Part shown: positions 13,577 to 28,560 of the stretch, one piece after another
How the letters are laid out: every line of letters starts with the position of its first letter
Position numbering within the stretch: the first letter of the stretch is position 1
Assembly: GCF_009914755.1 (NCBI RefSeq)
Contig: NC_060932.1
Length of the DNA stretch: 64,000 nucleotides
Strand: one strand, 5' to 3'
Origin: the human T2T-CHM13v2.0 reference genome, Homo sapiens
Position numbers and translations under genes: made by a program
Notes under the pieces: generated by a model
Seen by the model: only the letters and a program-made list of their open reading frames with translations
Database searches by the model: none
What the model was told of the DNA's origin: nothing

Positions 13577-14002
13577 TGTCAGGGCTCTGAGCCCAAGTTA
13601 AGCCATCATATCCCCTGTGACCTGCATGTATACATCCAGATGGCCTGAAACAACTGAAGATCCACAAAAGAAGTGAAAATAGCCTTAACTGATGACATTC
13701 CACCAATGTGATTTGTTCCTGCCCTACCCTAACTGATAGGATATATTCTCCCCTGCCCTTAAGATGGCACTTTGTAATATTCTTCCCATCCCCGCCCTTA
13801 AGAAGGTACTTTGTAATATTCTCTATGCCCTTAAGAATGTACTTTGTATGCCTATCCCAAACCTGTAAGAACTAATGATAATCCCACCACCCTTTGCTGA
13901 CTCCTTTTTTGGACTCAGTCCGCCTGCACCCAGGTGAAATAAACAGCCTTGTGGCTCACACAAAGCCTGTTTGGTGGTCTCTTTACACGGACGTGTGTGA
14001 CA
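13577..14002 (+). repeat. HERV-H 3' LTR
   Basis: Direct repeat of 7620-8040, preceded by polypurine tract. Confidence 0.92.
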
Positions 14003-15232
14003 GCCACCACTACAGAACTGCTAAAAGGAGCTCTACATCTTGAAACAAATTCTAGAAACACATCAAAACAGAACCTGTTTAAAGCATAAATCACACAGGA
14101 CCTATGAAACAAAAATACAATTAAAAAAACATATATACGGGCAACAAAGAGCATGATGACTAGAATGGTACCTTACATCTCAATACTAACATTGAATGTA
14201 AATGGTCTAAATGCTCCACTTAAAAGATACAGAATTGCAGAATGGATAAGAATTCATCAACCCATTTGCTGCCTTCAAGAGACTCACGATTCACATAAAC
14301 TTAAGGTAAAAGGGTAGAAAGAGACATTTCATGCAAATGGCACCAAAAACGAGCAGAAGTAGCTATTCTTATATCAGATAAAACAAACTTTAAAGCAACA
14401 GCAGTTAAAAAAGGCAAAGAGGGACATTATACAATGATAAAAGGCCTTGTCCAATAGGAAAATACCACAATCCTAAACATATATGCACCTAACACTGGAG
14501 CTCCAAAATTTATAAAACAATTACTAATAGATCTATGAAATGAGATAGACAGCAACACAATAATAGTGGGGGACTTCAATGCTCCACTAACAGCCCTACA
14601 CAGGTCATCAAGACAGAAGGTCTACAAAGAAACAATGGATTTAAACTATACCCTGGAACAAATGGACTTAACAGATATATACAGAACATTTAATCCAACA
14701 ACCACAGAATATACATTCTATTCAAAACCACGTAAATACATGGAAATTAATTAACTGCTCCTGAATGATCATTGGGTCAAAAAATGAAATCAAGATGGAA
14801 ATTAAAAAATTCTTCGAACTGCAGACAATAGTGACACAACCTATCAAAACCTCTGGGACACAGCAAAGGCAGTACTAAGTGGAAAGTTCATAGCCCTAAA
14901 CACCTACATCGGAAAGTCTGAAAGAGCACAAACAGACAATCTAAGGTCACACCTCAAGGAACTAGAAAAACAAGAACAAACCAAACCCAAAACCAGCAGA
15001 AGAAAGAAAATAACCAAGATCAGAACAGAACTAAATGAAATTGAAACAAACAAAAAAATACAAAAGATAAAGGAAACAAAAAGTTGGTTCCTTGAAAAGA
15101 CAAATAAAATGCATAGACCATTAGCAAGATTAATCAAGAAATGAAGAGAGAAAATCCAAATAAGCTCAGTAAGAAACAAAATGGGAGACATTACAATTTA
15201 AAAATTACCAATAAAAAAAAAGTCCAGGACCA

Positions 15233-15549
<317 letters not shown>

Positions 15550-17355
15550 TCACAGCAGAATTCTACCAGATGTTCAAAGAAGAATTGGTACCAATCCTAT
15601 TGACACTATTCCACAAGACAGAGAAAGAGGGAAGCCTCCCTAAATCATTCTATGAAGCCAGTATCACCCTATTACCACAACCAGGAAAGGACATAACCAA
15701 AAAAGAAAACTACAGAGAGATATCCTTGATGAACCTAGATGCTATAATCCTTAACAAAATACTAGCTAACTGAATCCAACAACATATCAAAAAGATAATC
15801 CACCATGATCAAGTGGGTTTCATACCACAGATGCAGGGATGGTTTAATATACACAAGTCAATAAATGTGATACACCACATAAACAGAATTAAAAACAAAA
15901 ATCACATGATCATCTCAATAGATGCAGATAAAGCATTCAACAAAATCCAGCATCCCTCTATGATTAAAACTCTCAGCAAAATTGGCATACAACGGACATA
16001 CCTCAATGTAATAAAAGCTATCTATGACAAACCCACAGCCAACATAATACTGAATGGGGCAAAGTTGAAAGCATTCCCTCTGAAAACTGGAACAAGACAA
16101 GCATGCCCACTCTTACTACTCCTCTTCAAATAGTACTGGAAGTCCCGGCCAGAGCAATCAAAGAGAAAGAAATAAAGGGCATCCAAATCAGTAAAGAGAA
16201 AGTCAAACCGTTGCTGTTTACTGATGATATAACTATTTACCTAGAAAACCCTAAAGACTCCTCCAGAAAGCTCCTAGAACTGATAAAAGAATTCAGCAGA
16301 AGTTTCCAGATACAAACTTAATATACATAAATCAGTAGCTCTTCTACATACCAACAGCCACCAAACTGAGAACCAGATCAAGAACTCAACCCCTTTTACA
16401 ATAGCTGCCAAAAAAAAAACAAAACAAACAAACAAAAAAAACCACTTAGGAATATACCTAAACCAAGGAGGTGAAAGACCTATACAAGGAAAACTACACA
16501 ACATTGCTGACAGAAATCACAGATTACACAAATGTAAACACATCCCACACTCATGGATGGGTAGAATCAATATTGTGAAAATGACCATACTGCCAAAAAC
16601 AATCTACAAATTCAATGCAATACCCATCAAAATACCACCACCATTCTTCACAGAATTAGAAAAAAAAATTCACATGTAACCAAAAAACAGCCCGCATAAC
16701 CAAAGCAAGACTAAGTTAAAAGAACAAATATGGAGGCATCACATTTCCTGATTTCAAAGTATACTATAAGACCATAGTCACCAAAACAGCATGGTTACTG
16801 GTATAAAAATAGGCACACAGACCAATGGAAAAAAAAAGAGAATCCATAAACAAACCCAAATACTTACAGCCAACTAATCTTCGACAAAGCAAACAAAAAC
16901 ATAAAGTGGGGAAAGGATACCCTTTTCAACAAATGGTGCTGGGATAATTGGCCAGCCACATGTAGGAGAATGAAACAGGATCTTCATTTCTCACCTTATA
17001 CAAAATTCAACTCAAGATGGATTAAGGACTTAAATCTAAGACCTGAAACTAAAAATTCTAGAAGATAACATTGGAAAAACCCTTCTAGACATTGGCTAAG
17101 GCCAGGATTTCATGACCAAGAACCCAAAAACAAATGAGATTAAAAACAAAGATAAACAGCTGGGACTTAATTAAACTAAAGAGTTTTTGCACAGCAAAAG
17201 GAACAGTCAGCAGAATAAAGAGACAACCTATAGAGTGGGAGAAAATCTTCACAATCTATACATCTGACAAAGGACTAATATCCAGAATCTACAACAGCAA
17301 GGAAAAAAAACAATCCCATCAAAAAGTGGGCTAAGGACGTGAATAGACAATTCTT

Positions 17356-17656
17356 TTTTTTTTTTTTTTTTTTTTTTGAGAAGGAGTCTTGTTCTGCTGC
17401 CAGGCTGGAGTGCAGTGGTGCGATCTCGGCTCACTGAAACCTCCGTCTCCCAGGTTCAAGTGATTCCCCTGCCTCAGCCTCCCGAGTAGCTGGGACTACA
17501 GGCGCACGCCACCACGCCCGGCTAATTTTTTGTGTTTTAGTAGAGATGGGGTTTCACCATGTTGGCCAGGACGGTCTCAATCTCCTGACCTTGTGATCCG
17601 CCTGCCTCAGCCTCCCAAAGTGCTGGGATTACAGGCATAAGCCACCACACCTGGCC
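17356..17656 (-). mobile_element. Alu (AluSc-like) inside L1 ORF2
   Basis: Poly(T) head; TSD tgaatagacaattctt on both sides. Confidence 0.9.
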
Positions 17657-18563
17657 ATGAATAGACAATTCTTAAAAGAAGATGTACAAATGGCCAAAAA
17701 GCATATGAAAAACTCAACATCACTAATGATCAGGGAAATGCAAATCAAAACTACAATGCGATACCCCCAACTTAGTCCTGCCAGAATGGCCATAATCTAA
17801 ACATCAAAAAATAGTAGATGTTGGCGTGGATGCTGTGAACAGGGAACACTTCTGTGCTGCTAGCAGGAATGTAAACTAGTACAACCACTACGGAAAACAG
17901 TATGAAGATTCCTTAAAGAACTAAAAGTAGAACCTCCATTTGATCCAGCAATCCCACTACTGGGTATCTACCCAGAGGAAAAGAAGTCATTATACAAAAA
18001 AGATACTTCCACACACGTTTATAGCAGCACAATTCACAACTGCAAAAAGTGGAACCAACCCAAATGCCCATCAATCAATGAGTGGATAAAGAAACTGTGG
18101 TGTATATATATATATGATGGGATACTGCTCAGCCATAAAAAGGAATGAATTAAAGGCATTCACAGTGACCTGGATGAGATTGGAGACTATTATTCTAAGT
18201 GAAGTAACTCAGGAATGGAAACCAAACATTGTATGTTCTCACTTGTAAGTGGGAGCTAAGCTATGAGGATGCAAAAGCATAAGAATGACACAATGGACTT
18301 TGAGGACTCGGGGGAAAGAGTGGGAAGCGGTGAGGGATAAAATTCAACTACAAATAGGACTACAAATAGGGTATAGTGTATACTGCTCGGGTGATGGCTT
18401 TACCAAAATCTCACAAATCACCGTTAAAGAACTTACTCCTGTAACCAAACACCATCTGTTGTTCCCCAATAACCTAGGGAAATAAAAAAATTAAAAATAA
18501 AAAATTAAAAAATGTTAAATGGGGAAAATATTTGAACGGGACAACTATAGTTTAAAAAAAGTC

Positions 18564-18863
18564 GGCTGGGCGCGGTGGCTCATGCCTATAATCTCAGCAC
18601 TTTGTGGGGCCAAGGCAGGCGAATCACCTGAGGCAGGAGTTCAAGACCAGCCTGGCCAACATGGTGAAACCCTATCTCTACTAAAAATACAAAAATTAGA
18701 CAGGTGTGGTGGCAGGCACCTGTAATCCCAGCTACTCAGGAGGCTGAGGCAGGAGAATTGCTTGAACACGGAGGCAGAGTTTGCAGTGAGCTGAAATCGC
18801 ACCACTGCACTCCAGCCCGGGCAACAGAGCGAGACACTGTCAAAAAAAAAAAAAAAAAAAAAA
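18564..18863 (+). mobile_element. Alu (AluS)
   Basis: Full dimer with poly(A) tail. Confidence 0.9.
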
Positions 18864-19230
18864 GCCCCAAATCACTGGTATAAAATAATGGATTAATAGA
18901 ATATGATTATCTCATTGGCCAGAGAAAACAATCTTACACTAGTAATGACAATTCTTGGCTAAAGTGCCATGTTGGTGGGAATAAAAATAACTATAGGCTT
19001 TTTGGAGATAATTTAAAGCTATGAGGTGCTGCTATGGTTTTATTAAGTTTTATGTTTTATATACTGTTTGACATGATTCCACTTACAGGAATTTATTCAA
19101 TAAGAATACCTGCATATGTACACGAAGATCCACGTAACAAGTATGTTTATTTTAATAACGAAAAGGAAAAACTGTGCCAATAAAAACTAGGAAAAACAAC
19201 CTAGTTGTTTATCAATAAAGTAGGTAAAGA

Positions 19231-19794
19231 TGAAAGCAGACCCTGACATTACGGAGAAGGCCTAGCAGTATCAGCCAGGCCTTTGTTTTGTTACTAGCTA
19301 GCCTGGCACTAACAGGTGTTCTGTTGAACAGGAATAGTTTCACAAAACATACACATCAGATAAGGCCTCTGCATGACCGTGATGGAGCAGGACAAAAAAG
19401 CAGCACTTCACAGTAATATCTGAACACAGATAAAACATCAACACTGTCAAGGCTACAAATATGACCAGGCCAATATAAGCAGCTGCAGCTCCTTACTAAT
19501 TATAGTGTGAGCCTCAGTCTAGTCTTCCCTCCTTCTAGGTAAGACTTATTAAGATACCCATTACATAAACAACCAATTTCCTGACAGTATTCAATCTAGA
19601 ATAAAGCCTCACTTTCTTTAACCCTTCCTCCAAAATCACCCAACAGAAGCCAAACCTTCTAACAGCATCCTGTTCCTTTTACTGAACACTCTGTGGTTCC
19701 CATGGTATGTGTTCTCCCTTACTGCAAAAGTAACAAATCCAACTCATTCAACCACAGATGCGTGCCTGGTATCTTTGTCTGGAGAGCATTGGCA
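19231..19794 (+). mobile_element. Solo ERV1 LTR (MER67-like)
   Basis: TG..CA ends, interrupts an old L1M 3' fragment; family assigned from memory of the consensus. Confidence 0.5.
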
Positions 19795-21749
19795 GGCAAA
19801 TGGTTAACTATGGAGCATCCACCCTATAGAATACCAAATAATTGTTAAATATACTAAGGCGGATTAATAATACTGACATAAAATACTGATTTTTTAAAAA
19901 AAGATGCAGAATACATACAATATGAATCCATATATGCCAAAACAAATATCATGATACGACAGCACAAAGTATAGATAGACACATGCTGACCTGTTAAGAA
20001 TGTTTACTATTAGGAAAATAAGACTGAAGTGTAGTGGTCGGGGAGATCAGGAGTATGAGAAAATTTTCCCCTTTTGCTTCAAATACATTACTATTTTAAG
20101 ACTGAGCAACTTGTGTGTGATATACGTAATTTTAAAGGTATTAGTAAGATACAATGGGAGGCTTTCCTCAAAACAGTTATTTCAAAGTAAAGGTTTCTAG
20201 TTGTGTCTACTACATGGCCCCACACTGCATTTAATCTAATAAACCATTACTGGGAAGAACGTAGAGATAAACTTGTTAAATTACTATTCTTCATTTTATA
20301 CACAATTATGAGCATTTTAAGCCATTTTCTTTAAAATACCTGGTTATACATGACGGAGGTTGCTAGAAGTCTAATTATCAATCAGATAAATGGGTACAAT
20401 ATCCAATAGAATGATTAAGATACTTGAGTATCTAAATGTGAAAACAAAATTAAATTAAAACACAAAAGGAAACACATAGTGGCTCTCTTACTTGCATTAA
20501 TGACAGTTAAAGTGAAAGCAAACTAAATGTTTCTGATTGTTTAGATCTAATTTTCAAAGTACAGTTTAATTTTAAATGGACTATAAGCAATAAAATATCT
20601 TTTTCTCTAAATCCCAAAATATAGCATTTACTTATATCTGAATAACCTCTATTGACAATTTCACTACATGCCCTCATAACAACACTTTATATGCTAACTG
20701 ACATCTATAATGTCCAGCTCTCACATAATCATTTTCTTTTTCCTCACAAAAAGAGTTAATGTAACTACGTTCAAGGGCTAACACTGAAAATCATTCTAAG
20801 GCAACATTACACAGCTGACTGCAGAAGGATTAAAATTTCATTGATGAACGGAATACTTACTGAATCAGTATAATGTATAAGAATTTTATTAAATAAGTGC
20901 TTTGACTTTTTGCCATGTCATGTATTTATCACCAAACTCTATGAAGTTAAAATTATTAACTACACTTAGAAGAGAGGTTCAAAAAGATTAAATAATTTGC
21001 CTGGAGCTCCACTGCTAGAAAATGACAGGGCCAAGACTCAAATCCTGATAAAACCCTACTCCAAAAGTTGGTTTTCTTTCCCCTACTCCACATTTGCTTG
21101 AGAAGAAACCACTTCTGAAGATTTTCTAAATAAATTAATACTTCAGATCTCAATACAATTTCTAGTATACCCATCCCCAACCCCCCAAATCAACCTTGAA
21201 TGTAACTACTATATTCAGTTTTTCTTCAGGCCTCTACACAGTATTTTTAATGCAGATGCCTGGGTCAATATAGATGTAATATAAAAATTATAATGCCCAT
21301 ATATTATATATAAATGACACTGTAAATAAACAGTAAACAAGTAATACATAAACTATATATATTTATAAAAAACATCTTTAAACACATTTTGGGACCCTCT
21401 TAGTTGCAGCTATAAGTAGAGAATCTTTGAACTAACGAAGTAGTTTTCTAATAAATATAGATTTATAGAAAGGGCTACTCAAGTTTAAAAAAATAAGCAA
21501 GTGGGGATACCATTTACTAGTATTATTAGATACTATTTACTAGTATTATGAGACAATGATATTTAAAACTTTGCCGTTTTAAAAGGCAGTGATCTTTTTC
21601 TGGACAAAGTATTTTCATCATTAATAACCATTAACTTTATTTGGAAGAAAGAACATAAAAAGTTCCTTTTTCCTTTTCCCTTTTTTTTGTATTAAACGCA
21701 CAGTTCTACGTATTTACCCCACTCTTTATTTTTTTCTTTCATCAGGCAT

Positions 21750-22361
21750 TGCAGCTCAAAAAATGTTACTCCGAAATAATGCCACTTCAACATGAAGCAG
21801 CCTCAAGGTCTTTCTGGCCTCCCCTCCCTTCCTGTTTCTCCCAAGCACAGGATGAAGCTATTCTCTGAAGTTCCTTCATCTACCTATAAACTGGACCTGC
21901 CAAAGAGAAACACAATTGCTTTCCCTGAAATTTCATTAACCAGAGAAGATTAAAACTTCTATCACAGAGGAAGAGGCTGAAAATTAAACACCCCACCTAC
22001 AGCCCAGATGAACTTAGTCACAAACCATTGTCTGCTCTCCATCCCATTCAATTTCCAAAGAAAAGTATTAACTAATCATTGTCTGAGCATCAGGCCCATT
22101 CATTCATTTCCCCCTAAAGATCATTTGCTATCCCGCATGTCCCCCATGTCCCCTACTGATCAAGCATAAGAAGGGTATGAATAAGGGTATATAAGCATCT
22201 GTACCCCACTGGGTTACTGGGTAGTCATTTTCCTGGATTCTGCCATGTACACATGTTAAAATATATTTATATGCCTTTTTCTCATGTTAATCTGCCGTTT
22301 GTCAACAGATTTTCAGCAAACCTTCTAAGAATAAAGGGGACACTTTGCCTTCGTCTCTACA
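21750..22361 (+). mobile_element. Solo ERV1 LTR (MER34/MER39 group)
   Basis: TATA-like gtatataag; 3' end ttttcagcaaaccttc...ctctaca typical of this group. Confidence 0.55.
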
Positions 22362-22880
22362 CAGGTAAGTAAGTGGTCCCCTAATAATTAACTCAACTGT
22401 GAAAACAAGCTGACATTCAGGCCTAGAGATGAACATACTGACATAAAACTGAGCTCCTCTAACAAATAGTTGTAACATGTCACTCCAAGATGCAACCTCA
22501 CACATATATTCTTACAAATGAAATCCAGTAACTGCCCCTTAGACCTTTAAGTACAAATTAAAGAGGCACTATAAGATGACACTCTTTTAGTAACAGAAAC
22601 AAATTAGCTTTTCAGGTAAATACAAAACAAATTATTACAGAAATAATTTCCTAAATATTAAGAAACGGAACACATTACTTTAAAATAAGCCATAATATAT
22701 AAAATAAGGATGTATTAAAAAACCAAAGTTTAAACACATTTTTGCTTTCCCAAGGCATTTTCTACTTCCTTAGCACACTTCTTTCCGAGGGACATTTCCC
22801 TAAAATTAAGGACTGTAAACCTACAAGTTAAACTTTTTTGTAAGGAGAGTATTCTGTCTTTATAAACCAGTATGTAGACC

Positions 22881-22897
22881 TGCTGCCACCTGTTGGC
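22881..22897 (-). promoter_or_regulatory. Candidate CTCF site
   Basis: Minus strand GCCAACAGGTGGCAGCA is close to the CCASYAGRKGGCRS core. Confidence 0.5.
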
Positions 22898-23774
22898 TCC
22901 AGACAGTCTGAAGACCTAGCAACCTATGGCTTTCAAGTGTTGGGTCCCATAGCATTCACTTTTACTACAACAGTTCAGGTTTAACAAAGGTGGTCATTTG
23001 TACATCAGTCACAGAAAAGGAGCCTGTCTAGGATTTGTGCACGTGTGCCTTTGATGAAAACAAAAGAAAACAAAAAAAATTATTAAACAATAAAATGGAT
23101 ATTGGAAGAGCTGTTTTCTGCTATAAGCCAATAGTCTAGTTAGTGGTCAACATTCTCTACCTGCCTGCACCTGACAGAAACTCAGAGTAGGTTGATTTCA
23201 TTTGTTGCTGATGAGAAAAATAATAAAAAATAAGTGTAGTATTCTTCTGTATACCAGGTACAAAATTTCTTAATACCTGGTCATCCCTGGACCACAAGCA
23301 AAACCACCTGAGGTGCTTGATAAAATGCAGGTTCCCAGTCCATGACCAACCCTGACAATAATGAATCAGAATTTTGGGAAATGGTACCTTGAAATTAGTT
23401 TTTGTTTTGATCAATTACTCCACAATTATTCCAAGGTACAATATGGTCTGAGAACCAAAGAAAATTAAGCAGAAAACAAGCTTTAAGAACCTAAAACATG
23501 GTTCTTTAAAAATAAACTAATACCTTTCCTAAAGCTTGATTAGGTAAAAAGAGGAAAAATATAGAAAGGAAAGAGAAAAGACAACAATAATCTTAAGAGC
23601 ATAACGCATGCAACTTTATAGCAGCATATTTGGAAACCTAAGAGGAAACTGATGGTTTCCTCTAATAAAAATACATATTACAAAATTACCCTAGAAACAC
23701 ACTTTGAATAAACCCATTACTGCACAAAAAACTGAACAGGTGATTAGAGAACTGGCACTGAAAATGATAATAGA

Positions 23775-23900
23775 GACCAGGAGCAGTTGCTCATGCCTGT
23801 AATCCTCCAGCACTTTGGGAGACTGAGGCAGGCGGATCTCTGGAGCCTAGGGGTTCAAAACCAGCCTGGGCAACATGGTGAAACTCTGTCTCTATTAACA
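23775..23900 (+). mobile_element. Alu left monomer (FLAM/AluJ fragment)
   Basis: gctcatgcctgtaatc...cagcctgggcaacatggtgaaac; no right arm. Confidence 0.75.
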
Positions 23901-25452
23901 CATAATATCCGTCTCTATTAACAAGAAATAAGGAGAACTGGTAGAGCACTGTGGCATTCTGGAATAAATGAGTTTAAATCCAGACTCTTACAAACATCCT
24001 ATGCCTCAGTTTCCTCAACTGTAAGATGTGGATAATAATAGTATCTGGTATATCAGGATAATATCAGGATATTATCCTATGAGAAAGGATCCACAGGATC
24101 CATTGTTCTGTGGATTAAACAGTTAGTACGTGTAAAGTGTTTAGAATTGTTCCTGATATGTAATAATCTCTATGCAATAAAAGTTACCTGACATTATGAT
24201 TTATTCTTATCATACAGTTCTACTGCTCTCAAAGAAGGAATATGTGCAAAAAAAACTAGCCAGTGTTTGTCTCCCATAAAGTGATACCCCAAGGCATATG
24301 CCAGTAATATCTCTTTATATTTGCATAATGCCTTCCACTTTTCAAAGCATTTTCACACACCTTGCTTTAACGTCTAAAAAACCTTATCATTATTCTTATT
24401 TTCTATGAAACTGAAGCCAAGGATATATGGAGACTGCTGTACCCTTTTTGTCAGCTACATATTACCATGTAATAGTTACCTGTACACTCATATTAGCACC
24501 TAAAAAGTATAACATATAAGTTACCTGAACTTATATGTAGAAGTATAAGTACTTGAACATGTTAAAAATAATGGTAAAACAGTTTTTATTTTTGCACCAA
24601 CCTATACATTAGTGTCCTACACAGAGCAGGTTTTCAATAAACACGTTAAAATGAACTCATTTGGTAAGTCTGTCTTAAATGTCTAGTTTCCTTTTGACCA
24701 ACTACCCTACCTCCCTAACAACACGTATTAGAGCTACATTACATGTGCCACAAGATATCTATGGAAAAGTAAAATAGATTATGAATATGGATGGTACTAC
24801 AAAAATTAACACTTTCAGATCTACCATAATGTCATCTGACTTCGAGTCAGAAAATTGGTAGAATAAATGTTATTGGCAAACTTTATGGTACAGCAAATGC
24901 TATCAACAAATGCCCTATTTGTTAACACAAAAAGGATTAAGGAAAAACTTTCATGCACATACACACAGAACTCTACATCAAAATCTATTTGATCATTAAA
25001 ATTTATTTGATCAGAGAGATCAGAGCATAGCCACTCATAAAAATGCATGTCCTATCACTTTAGTTGGCTTATACACATTGGGCCTAGATAGTAATCCTTA
25101 GTAGAACATGGGGCTAGCAAGAAAAAGCAACTAATATCTAAGAGTAAGAGGCCAGATTGCATTCCTCTGATCCAACAAGAAACAATCAGAATTTTACACT
25201 ATCTGTTTTAGGAGTCACCTGAAGGAAAATATTTATTACCAGGAAATGTCTAACTCCTTTCTGAACATTTTGAGATAAACACTGCATTGCCAATACAGAA
25301 CTCATACCTACACTTGGATTAGAAATAACAGGAGGAAGACCCTATTCCAAAGCCAACTCCCAACAGTAATAATGAACTTTACACAGCTATTATCCATTCA
25401 ACAAATATACTGATCAAGCCTTCTGCTGGGTGCTAGAACCCATGGCCTCGTC

Positions 25453-25986
25453 CAGTGGGTGGCAAACTATAGTCCACAGGCCAATTCCTGCCCATTTTAT
25501 GTTTTTTTTTTTTTTTTTGAGACGGACTCTTGCTCTGTGGCCCAGGCTGGAGTGCAGTGGTGCGATCTTGGCTCACTGCAAGCTCTGCTCACTGCAAGCT
25601 CTGCCTCCCAGGTTCACGCCATTCTCCTGCCTCAGCCTCCTGAGTAGCTGGGACTACAGGGACCTGCCACCACGCCTGGCTAATTTTTTGTATTTTTAGT
25701 AGAGACAGGGTTTCATCGTGTCAGCCAGGATGGTCTCGATCTCCTAACCTCATGATCCGCCCGCCTCTGCCTCCCAAAGTGCTGGGATTACAGGCGTGAG
25801 CCACCGCGCTCGGCCCATTTTATGTTTTTGTAAATAAAGGTTAATTGGAACACGGCCACACTCACTTGCTTATAAACTGTCTATGGCTGATTTCACACTA
25901 CAACAGCAAAAGCGAGCAACAAGAGACTATCTGGCCCACAAAGCCTAAATTAGCTGGCCTTGTGCAGAAAAGCGTATCAACCTCTA
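25453..25986 (+). mobile_element. MER58A-like hAT DNA transposon split by an AluY
   Basis: cag..ggtggcaaactat start, gtttttgtaaataaag..ttggaacac, tggcccacaaagcctaaa. Confidence 0.65.
25507..25815 (-). mobile_element. AluY with internal 16-nt tandem duplication
   Basis: TSD cattttatgttttt; gctcactgcaagctct x2 at 25571-25602. Confidence 0.9.
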
Positions 25987-26336
25987 GAATAGAAGAAATT
26001 CACAGCACATGTAGATTTGAGAGCCAATGGTGTGAATATTCCTAGGGGAACAGAGGTAAGATGTCAAGGCAAGCTTGCTAGATGACAAAATGGTTACCTA
26101 GGACTTAAGTAAAGATTGCAAAGCAGACTGACACTGAATTAAAAGTATGCTCCAGGTAGTTAATCAATGAGAAAAGGACCAGAAGAAATAGGATACAGCA
26201 CATGTCTCAGGAACTGCAAGAGTTTAGTATGGCTAGAATGTAGTATACAAAGTGCTGTAAGACAAGGTTGGAGAAAACTCGGCATATAAACGTATATGCA
26301 AAGATGAAAAGTTTATTTTAAGAATATATATCATTT

Positions 26337-27407
26337 CATCAGGGAGCCTGCCCCAATATTCACCTAGGTTCTTTTCTATTTTCCCTAAGCATCGGCCAGC
26401 TTGAGAAATTAAGGGACAGAGTACAAAAGAGAGAAATTTTAAAGCCGGGCATCCGGGGGAGACATCACATGTCAGTAGGTTCCATGATGCCCCACTAGCC
26501 GCAAAAACCAGCAAGTTTTTATTAGGGATTTTCAAAAGGGGAGGGAGTGTGCGAATAGGTGTGGGTCACAGACATCAAGTAGTTTACAAGGTAATAGAAT
26601 ATCACAAGGCAAGTAGAGGCAGGGCGAGATCACAAAACCACAGGACTGGGGCGAAATTAAAATTGCTAATGAAGTTTCAGGCACCATTGTCATTGATAAC
26701 ATCTTATCAGGAGACAGGGTTTTGAGATCAACCGGTCTGACCAAAATTTATTAGGCAGGAATTTCCTCTTCCTAATAAGCCTGGGAGCACTATGGGAGAC
26801 TGGAATCTATTTCACCTCTGCAGTCTCGACCATAAGAGACGACCATGCCCAGGGGGGCCAGTTCAGAGACCCACCCCCAGGTGCACATTCTCTTTCTCAG
26901 GGATGTTCCATGCTGAGAAAAAGAATTCAGCGATATTTCTCCCATTTGCTTTTGAAAGAAGAGAAATATGGCTCTGTTCCGCCCAGCTCACCTGCGGTCA
27001 GAGTTTAAGGTTATCTCTCTTACTCCCTGAACAATTGCTGTTATCCTGTTCTTTTTTCAAGGTGCCCACATTTCATATTGCTCAAACACACATGCTGTAC
27101 AATTTGTGCAGTTAATGCAATTATTACAGGGTCCTGAGGCGATAGACATCCTCCTCAGCTGACAGGATTAAGAGATTAAAGAAAAGACAAGCATAGGAAA
27201 TCACAAGGGTACTGATTGGGGAAGTGATAAGTGTCCATGAAATCTTTACAATTTATGTTTAAGAGATTGCAGTAAAGACAGGCATAAGAAATTACAAAAG
27301 TATTAATTTGGGGAGCTAATATATGTCCATGAAATCTTCACAATCTACGTTCTTCTGCCATGGCTTCAGCTGGTCCCTCCATTTGGGGTCCCTGACTTCC
27401 CGCAACA
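26337..27407 (-). mobile_element. MER11 (HERV-K11/HML-8) solo LTR, MER11C-like, 1071 bp
   Basis: Minus-strand start TGTTGCGGGAAGTCAGGGACCCC; perfect 6-bp TSD TCATTT (26331-26336, 27408-27413). Confidence 0.9.
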
Positions 27408-27769
27408 TCATTTTGTGTTTATACTTGCAAAAAACAACAACAAATAACCTACCACATCTGGAAAGACACACAAAACCAATAAAGACATTGCAGGGGAAAT
27501 AATGGATACTGGAGATAGGATAGATAAAAGATGGGATCAAGGAGGCTTCACTAAATACCTTTTATAACTTTTTTGGTTTTTAAATTACATGAACACATTG
27601 CCTATTTTTAAATTACATATTAAAAACATGGATTTTGCCATGAAGGAAATATTAAAAGAATTTTAGCAAGTGATAATATTAAACACGCAAATCAGACAGA
27701 CTACTCTGTAGATGCAATGCGCAGGAGGGCTAGAAGGAATAGAGTACTTAGGAAGCTATTAACAGATTA

Positions 27770-28560
27770 TTGGCTGTTTGAAGCAAATATATTAACAATG
27801 TATTGTGGAGTTTCCAGCATATGAAGGTGAAAAACATATGATAAAATTAGCTCAAACAATGAGAGGGTAAGTGAAAGGAATTATATTGTTGTAAAGTTTT
27901 CACATTGTTTTTAAAGTAAAATAATATTAATTAGAGGCAGACTGTGGTAAGTCAAGGAAAACACTATAACCTCTGTATCAACCATTTAAAAAATAATAAT
28001 ACAAACAGGTTTAAATAAAAAGCCAAAAGAGGAAATTAAATCGAGTTCTAAGGACATTTTTTTTAAAAAGAAAAACTGTGATTAATTCCTCCTGCAAAAA
28101 AGTAGGAACAAAGACACCAAGGAACAAAGAACAAACAGGGCATAATGAGAAGAGCAAGATGGTAATATTAGCCCAAGAATATTGGGAACTAGATTAAATT
28201 AAGTATAAATGTAAGCCCTCCAATTAAGAGAAAGACTGTCATATGGAAAAAACAAGAGCCAACTATATGCTCTTTATGACACATACTTTAAAAACAAGAA
28301 CACTGATAAATAGAAAAAGCATATAAGAAGAAAAATACTAATTTACAAAAATCCAGAAATAACTGTATTAATACCAAAGAAGATTTCAAGACAAAAAATA
28401 TTCACAGAACCTAGAGATAAAGAGACATTTTAAAATGCTAAAAGAATCAATTCAGTATAAATAAAACAATCCTAAATGTTTGTACCAATTAACATAGTTA
28501 AAAATACATAAAGTAAAAACTAAAACAAAAGCAAATTCATCATTATAGTTGGGGACAACA
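27770..28560 (+). mobile_element. Ancient L1M fragment (inter-ORF / ORF2 start)
   Basis: A-rich, degraded endonuclease motifs (ccaactatatgc, acaatcctaaatgt, cattatagttgggga). Confidence 0.55.

Larger units (their letters stand above)
7620..14002 (+). mobile_element. HERV-H provirus (6.4 kb, internally deleted, non-coding)
   Basis: Two TG..CA LTRs, perfect 5-bp TSD GCCAC (7615-7619, 14003-14007), PBS at 8043, polypurine tract 13564-13576, gag/pro/pol/env remnants. Confidence 0.96.
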
